Assembly (NCBI GenBank): GCA_902555665.1
Contig: CACDTF010000004.1
Coordinates: 3,834 to 67,833, forward strand
DNA: 64,000 bases
DNA from: an uncultured Pelagibacteraceae bacterium
Lineage (GTDB): Bacteria > Pseudomonadota > Alphaproteobacteria > Pelagibacterales > Pelagibacteraceae
Direction: 5' to 3'
The notes beneath the pieces were generated by a model. That model ran no database searches, had not been told where the DNA came from, and worked only from the letters and a program-made list of their open reading frames with translations. Positions 59,037 through 64,000 of this stretch are shown here, piece after piece; position 1 is the first letter of the stretch, and each line of letters opens with the position of its first letter. The translations under genes were made by a program, and so were the position numbers.

Positions 59037-59365
59037 TAGTGTATCTGCTCAATATATACCGCTATCTCTCCACCACATGCCAGACCCACTTCCCACGCGC
59101 TCTCGTTTGAAACTTTAAATTCTATTTTTTTACAAGGTTTGTTGTCTTTAATTAACGATAGACACTCACTTACAACTGCAGACTCCACACATCCACCAGA
59201 AACTGATCCTGAAAATTCTCCTTTTTCGTTCACAATCATTCTACTACCAACTTGTCTAGGAGATGACCCCCAGGTTTGAATTACAGTTGCTAAAACTACT
59301 TTTTGATTAGCTTTGATCCAATCTTTAGCTTCGTCTAATATTTTCTCATCAAATGAATTTTTCAT
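59036..59365 (-). CDS. XdhC/CoxI family protein, N-terminal part
   Basis: LATV..TWGSSPR, GSVSGGCVE, GLACGG. Confidence 0.92.
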   Translation of the reverse strand: MKNSFDEKILDEAKDWIKANQKVVLATVIQTWGSSPRQVGSRMIVNEKGEFSGSVSGGCVESAVVSECLSLIKDNKPCKKIEFKVSNESAWEVGLACGGEIAVYIEQIH

Positions 59366-59386
59366 CTGATAAAATATAGTTTTTAA

Positions 59387-60172
59387 CTAGCAAGCATCAA
59401 CGGCTTTTTTAGCCTGAGTGACAACTAAACTAGCTCTAAAATTTGCAGAAGCATGCATATCGGAGTTCATTTCTGAACTATCTAGATCCATTCCATCTAT
59501 TGAAGAAGAAGAAAAATTACCTGATAAAGCTTTCGACATTTCTTTATCATTATAAACACATGATTTTGCACCAGTAACTGCAACGTTTACATCTCCTTTG
59601 TGTTTAGCCACATATACTCCAACGATTGCATATCTAGATGCAGGATTAGGATGTTTTTGATAGCTAGATTTTTCTGGTATTTGAAATTCTATAGCTTCTA
59701 TTAACTCACCCTTTTTTAAAGCTGTCTCGAACATTCCTTTAAAAAACTTTGCCGCTTCAATTTTTCTTTCATTCGTATGTATTGTTGCGTTTAAAGCAAT
59801 ACAGGCTGATGGATAATCTGCTGATGGATCATTATTTGCTATTGACCCACCTATCGTTCCTCTATTTCTAACTTGAGGATCACCAATTCCTTCGGCCAAA
59901 CTAGATAATGATGGAATTGCTTTTTTTACATCTTTAGAATTTGAAACTTCAACATGTTTAGTTGCAGCTCCAATTGTAACTGTCTTCCCGCTTACTTTTA
60001 TGCCACTTAATTTTTTAATATTTTTTATATCAATTAAATCTTTGTAAGTAGCCAATCCTAATTTCATTGAAGGAATAGTGGTCATTCCTCCTGCTAAAAA
60101 AGCAGAACTAGATGAAGCAAGTTTAGATGCCTCTTTACTATCTTTTGCTGAATGATAATTAAAATCTTTCAT
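59387..60172 (-). CDS. coxM: Molybdenum hydroxylase FAD-binding subunit
   Basis: LAGGMT, IGDPQVRNRGTIGGS.ANNDP.AD. Confidence 0.93.
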   Translation of the reverse strand: MKDFNYHSAKDSKEASKLASSSSAFLAGGMTTIPSMKLGLATYKDLIDIKNIKKLSGIKVSGKTVTIGAATKHVEVSNSKDVKKAIPSLSSLAEGIGDPQVRNRGTIGGSIANNDPSADYPSACIALNATIHTNERKIEAAKFFKGMFETALKKGELIEAIEFQIPEKSSYQKHPNPASRYAIVGVYVAKHKGDVNVAVTGAKSCVYNDKEMSKALSGNFSSSSIDGMDLDSSEMNSDMHASANFRASLVVTQAKKAVDAC

Positions 60173-60179
60173 AAACCTC

Positions 60180-62558
60180 CTATGCTGCTTTTGCGTTAGA
60201 TTTTTTTAGATTTTTACAAGCCTTCCACACTTTTTCAGCTGTAGCTGGCATAGTAACCTCTTGCCCACCTAAGGCATCAATTACAGCATTCATTACAGTA
60301 GGTGGTGCTGCTATTGCTCCCGCTTCTCCACAACCTTTAACACCTAAAGGATTTGTCGTTGCATGCGTACAAGTATAACCAATGTTAAACTCAGGAAAAT
60401 TATCTGCACGCGGCATTGTATAGTCCATATAAGATCCTGTCATCAACTGACCTGTTTCATCATACTCTGCATTTTCATACAATGCTTGACCTATACCTTG
60501 AGCAAGACCACCGTGAACTTGTCCTTCAACAACCATTGGATTAATAATTCTTCCAAAATCATCACAAGCTGTATATTTTTCAAGCTTTACATGTCCTGTT
60601 TCAGGGTCTATCTCAACTTCAGCAATATGTGTTCCTGCTGGGAAAGAAAAGTTTGAAGGATCATAAAAAGAAGTTTCTTTTAAACCAGGTTCATCCCCTT
60701 CTGGCAATGGAGATTTCATTTCATCTCTTACCCCAGGTAAATAACAAGCAAAAGCTACTTCTCCTATTGTTTTCTTTTTATTTGATTTAGAAACAATAAA
60801 TTCTCCGTCTTTGAATTCAACATCTTCTGGATTTGCCTCTAACATTTTAGCTGTAACTCTTTTACCTTTTTCAACTATTTTTTTACAAGCATTTACAATA
60901 GCAATACCACCAACAGCTAAAGATCTAGAACCGTATGTTCCCATACCGAATGTTCCTTTGTCTGTGTCGCCATGAACGATATCTATATTTTCTATTGGAA
61001 CACCTAATTCATCCGCTGCTATTTGAGCAAAAGTTGTTTGGTGACTTTGCCCATGACTATGTGAACCTGTGTAAACAGTCACTTGTCCAGTTGGATTAAA
61101 TCTAACTTCTGCAGACTCCCATAATCCAACACCACATCCTAATGACATTACAGCAGCTGAAGGAGCAATACCGCATGCTTCAAAATATGAGGTAACGCCA
61201 ATTCCTCTAAGTTTTCCTTTAGCTTCAGACTCTTTTCTTCTTGCCTCAAAACCTTTGTAATCTGCCATCTGTTTTGCCTTTTCCATTCCAGCAACATAAT
61301 CACCAGAATCTACTGTATGAACTAAAGTTTGTTTAAAAGGAAATGCCGTAGGGAAGTTTTTTATTCTAAGTTCAGTTTTATCTATTCCCAATTCCATTGA
61401 AGCTTTTTCAACTAATCTTTCAATAGTGTATGTAGCCTCTGGTCTTCCTGCTCCCCTATAAGCATCTACTGGAGCTGTATTTGTATATACAGCTTTGACA
61501 TTTGTATAAGCTGCTGGAATTTCATAAACTCCAGTTGCACAAGGTCCAAATAAATAAGTTGGTGTCACTGTTCCAAATACTCGAGCATAAGCTCCAAGGT
61601 TTGCTATGGTCTCATTTTTAAAACCAAGAAACTTTCCATCTTTAGTAACTGCTAATTCTGCATGAGTAACATGATCTCTTCCATGAATGTCAGTTAAAAA
61701 AGATTCTGACCTTTCTGCAACCCACTTAATAGCTCTATTAATTTTTTTAACTGCCCAGCTACAAACAATATCTTCGTTATAGACATTTATTTTAGAACCA
61801 AAGCCACCCCCAACATCTGGAGCTACAACTCTTAACTTGTGTTCAGGAGCTACATTTCCAAAAGCAGACATTATCAATCTTGATAAATGTGGATTTTGAC
61901 TTGTTGTGTATAAAGTGATCTCTTCAGATGCTGCATTGTAATCAGCAACACATGCTCTTGGCTCCATTGCATTTGGAATTAATCTATTATTAATTATATC
62001 AATAGAAATTACTTTATCAGCCTTATCAAATGCTTCTTTAACTTTTTGTCTATCCCCTAATAACCAGTCAAAACAAAGATTTTTATCGATGCCTTCATGA
62101 ATAGTATCTCCATTCATAGCATCCGCAGTACTTGTGACTGCTTTTAATACTTTGTAATCAACTTCAACTTTTTCTGCAGCATCTTTTGCTTCTGCTAAAC
62201 TTTCAGCAATTACAACTGCAACAGGATCTCCAACAAAATTTACATTATCTTTAGCTAACGGAGGGTTTCCAGGACATTTCATTTCTGTACCGTCTTCACT
62301 TCTAATTGCCCAACCCGCAATCAAACCTCCAATTTTATCATCTGCTATTTCTTTGCCTGTAAATATGCTTACTACTCCTGATGATTTTAAAGCTTTATCG
62401 ATATTTATTTTTTTAATAGATGCTCTTGCATGCGGTGATCTAACAAAAATTGCGTAAGTTTGATTTGCTAAATTAATATCTGCTGTATATCTGCCTTTAC
62501 CAGTTAAAAATCTTTTATCCTCTTTTCTCTCAACTCTAGAACCTACTAAACTTGCCAT
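60180..62558 (-). CDS. coxL: Molybdenum hydroxylase large subunit, form II CoxL-like
   Basis: VGGGFGSK, active-site loop AYRGAGR (form II), GTYGSRS, GQVHGG..QG.G, GVKGCGE. Confidence 0.93.
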   Translation of the reverse strand: MASLVGSRVERKEDKRFLTGKGRYTADINLANQTYAIFVRSPHARASIKKINIDKALKSSGVVSIFTGKEIADDKIGGLIAGWAIRSEDGTEMKCPGNPPLAKDNVNFVGDPVAVVIAESLAEAKDAAEKVEVDYKVLKAVTSTADAMNGDTIHEGIDKNLCFDWLLGDRQKVKEAFDKADKVISIDIINNRLIPNAMEPRACVADYNAASEEITLYTTSQNPHLSRLIMSAFGNVAPEHKLRVVAPDVGGGFGSKINVYNEDIVCSWAVKKINRAIKWVAERSESFLTDIHGRDHVTHAELAVTKDGKFLGFKNETIANLGAYARVFGTVTPTYLFGPCATGVYEIPAAYTNVKAVYTNTAPVDAYRGAGRPEATYTIERLVEKASMELGIDKTELRIKNFPTAFPFKQTLVHTVDSGDYVAGMEKAKQMADYKGFEARRKESEAKGKLRGIGVTSYFEACGIAPSAAVMSLGCGVGLWESAEVRFNPTGQVTVYTGSHSHGQSHQTTFAQIAADELGVPIENIDIVHGDTDKGTFGMGTYGSRSLAVGGIAIVNACKKIVEKGKRVTAKMLEANPEDVEFKDGEFIVSKSNKKKTIGEVAFACYLPGVRDEMKSPLPEGDEPGLKETSFYDPSNFSFPAGTHIAEVEIDPETGHVKLEKYTACDDFGRIINPMVVEGQVHGGLAQGIGQALYENAEYDETGQLMTGSYMDYTMPRADNFPEFNIGYTCTHATTNPLGVKGCGEAGAIAAPPTVMNAVIDALGGQEVTMPATAEKVWKACKNLKKSNAKAA

Positions 62559-62578
62559 TTTCTTTCTCCTCCTTAAAA

Positions 62579-63040
62579 TTACATTTTCGTTGCTGCTTCT
62601 TTAACTGCTGCAACAATATTTTGATAACCAGTACATCTACAAATATTTCCCTCTAACCAGTCTCTAATTTCTGTATCTGATGGTTTTTTATTTTTTTGTA
62701 AAAGATCAACTGCGCTCATAACCATTCCTGGAGTACAAAAACCACATTGTAAACCATGAAGTTTTTTGAACGCTTCCTGCATTGGATGCATTTTTCCATT
62801 TGTTTCTAAACCCTCAATTGTTGTAACTTTTGATCCATTAACGTCAGCTGCTAAAGCAGTACAACTTTTTAAAGAATTTCCATCAACATGAACTACGCAT
62901 GCTCCGCATTGACTAGTGTCACATCCAATATGTGTACCTGTTAACTGTAAATGCTCTCTTAAAAATGTAGATAGTAAAGTGTTATCTGAAGCCTCTTTTT
63001 CGACTTTTCTTCCATTAACTTCTAGTGAAATTTTACCCAT
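62579..63040 (-). CDS. coxS: Molybdenum hydroxylase 2Fe-2S subunit
   Basis: [27 protein letters not shown]; AGGAGAG RBS supports start 63040. Confidence 0.95.
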   Translation of the reverse strand: MGKISLEVNGRKVEKEASDNTLLSTFLREHLQLTGTHIGCDTSQCGACVVHVDGNSLKSCTALAADVNGSKVTTIEGLETNGKMHPMQEAFKKLHGLQCGFCTPGMVMSAVDLLQKNKKPSDTEIRDWLEGNICRCTGYQNIVAAVKEAATKM

Positions 63041-63136
63041 AATCTCTCCTTTAATTAATATCTTTACCCACCAAGATTTAATCATTTTGGGAATGTAAAG
63101 GCAACTATCAAATTTAAACTCTAGTAAAACTAGAAT

Positions 63137-63703
63137 TTATTTTAAAAACATCCAATAAATTAAGAAAATTCCTAGAACTACTGCGGCAGTTAAATATCTA
63201 TAATTAATTTTTGACACAGGTACTTTTTGGTCGTCAGACTTGGCTATCTCACTCGATTCATTTTTTTCAGAAGAAATTAATTCAGAAAATTTACCAAAAA
63301 ATATATCTGCCATTTTTTTTGCTGTCATGTCTATAAGTCGTGAACCTACTTGTGCAATTTTACCGCCTACTTGTGCTTCAACAGAATAAATTAAATTTGT
63401 TCCATTGTCTGTATCCTCAAGTTTAACTTCAGCTTCTCCTGAAGCAAAGCCAACTAGAGAGTTTCCAGATCCTAATATCTTGTAGCTGTTAGGAGGGTTT
63501 AAATCTTTTAACTCAATATCACCAGAAAATGTTGCATTAAAAGGTCCAATTTTATTTGTGGCTTTTGCGGAAAATTCAGTATCAGATTTTTTATTAAATT
63601 CTTCACATCCTGGGATTGCTTGTTTTAGTATTTCTGGATTATTTAAAGCATCCCAAACTTTCTGTTTTTCTAAATTAATATTATAAGATCCTGTTAATTT
63701 CAT
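63137..63703 (-). CDS. coxG: CoxG (SRPBCC) membrane-anchor protein
   Basis: VWDALNNPEIL...IPGCE, VGGKIAQVGSRLID, C-terminal TM helix. Confidence 0.92.
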   Translation of the reverse strand: MKLTGSYNINLEKQKVWDALNNPEILKQAIPGCEEFNKKSDTEFSAKATNKIGPFNATFSGDIELKDLNPPNSYKILGSGNSLVGFASGEAEVKLEDTDNGTNLIYSVEAQVGGKIAQVGSRLIDMTAKKMADIFFGKFSELISSEKNESSEIAKSDDQKVPVSKINYRYLTAAVVLGIFLIYWMFLK

Positions 63704-63724
63704 AAATTAAACATATAATAAATT

Positions 63725-63970
63725 ATGGACGAAAATACAAAAAAAGAATTACAGTCTGCAGCATTTGAAAGACTTATATCTCATCTAAGAGATAGAAAAG
63801 ATGTACAAAATATAGATCTAATGAATCTTGCAGGTTTTTGTAGAAACTGTCTTTCTAAGTGGTACAGGGAAGAGGCAGAAAAAAAAGGAATTGAAATTTC
63901 TGATCCTGATGCAAGAGAGCATGTTTATGGAATGCCTTACTCTGAATGGAAAGACAAATATCAAAAATAA
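63725..63970 (+). CDS. DUF1244 family protein
   Basis: AFERL..HL..R.DVQNIDLMNLAGFCRNCL, VYGMPY.EWK. Confidence 0.92.
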   Translation: MDENTKKELQSAAFERLISHLRDRKDVQNIDLMNLAGFCRNCLSKWYREEAEKKGIEISDPDAREHVYGMPYSEWKDKYQK

Positions 63971-64000
63971 TTATTTCTCTTTAAGTCTTGGAAATAATTC
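63971..64000 (-). CDS. Probable 3' end of a convergent gene (...ELFPRLKEK*)
   Basis: Open frame from the window edge ending in TAA that abuts the DUF1244 stop. Confidence 0.4.
   Translation of the reverse strand, partial: ELFPRLKEK

Noticed and set aside
58356-59365. Split xdhC as a pseudogene
   Set aside because: Both halves have clean coupled stop/start codons, and two-gene XdhC arrangements are common in alphaproteobacterial cox clusters.
60180-62558. Bona fide aerobic CO dehydrogenase
   Set aside because: The active-site loop is AYRGAGR rather than AYxCSFR, gene order is S-L-M, and coxD/coxE are not in the window.
2051-63098. About 30 short ORFs in the track overlapping longer genes (e.g. 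2051-2281, 28679-29053, 32295-32723, 45750-46154, 52810-53154, 60363-60656)
   Set aside because: They are antisense or out-of-frame shadows of well-supported genes, with no recognisable motifs or RBS.
63041-63136. Structured leader between coxG and coxS
   Set aside because: Only short imperfect stems (CTTTAC/GTAAAG, TCTAGT/ACTAGA), expected by chance in AT-rich DNA.
1-64000. tRNA, rRNA, integrase, transposase or prophage marking the island borders
   Set aside because: No such genes, cloverleaf motifs or flanking direct repeats were recognised by eye; tRNAscan-SE and an IS search would confirm.

Overview
This very AT-rich, streamlined alphaproteobacterial segment has abutting or overlapping genes and a gene content typical of SAR11 / Ca. 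Pelagibacter (taxonomy is inferred). It has three blocks. (1) 1-16.3 kb is mostly housekeeping and membrane genes: amt (partial), HU, rseP, yajQ, SRAP, tesA-ybbAP, beta-carbonic anhydrase, SOUL, TauE, a yadGH-type ABC exporter, and a thiV-type symporter under a TPP-class riboswitch. (2) About 16.4-53.5 kb is a carbohydrate/cyclitol island with three sugar ABC importers, a TctABC importer, many dehydrogenases and iolG (frameshifted), iolE and iolD. iolB, iolC, iolJ and iolA are not in the window. (3) 54-63.7 kb is a molybdenum block: moaACDE, msrPQ, mocA, split xdhC and a form II coxG-S-L-M molybdenum hydroxylase. The best candidate for an undescribed system is a non-canonical, probably non-phosphorylative inositol/sugar-acid pathway. 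The upper iol genes are interleaved with a eukaryote-like DUF1907/C11orf54 protein, a PanB-like protein lacking its Mg ligands, a PanE-like reductase, an HpcH aldolase, an aldehyde dehydrogenase and Fe(II)/2OG dioxygenases. A recurring palindrome, ATATGTATA-N5-TATACATAT, and a MarR-like regulator link these units. No rRNA, tRNA, CRISPR or mobile element was recognised. All family calls come from motif recognition by eye, not database searches.
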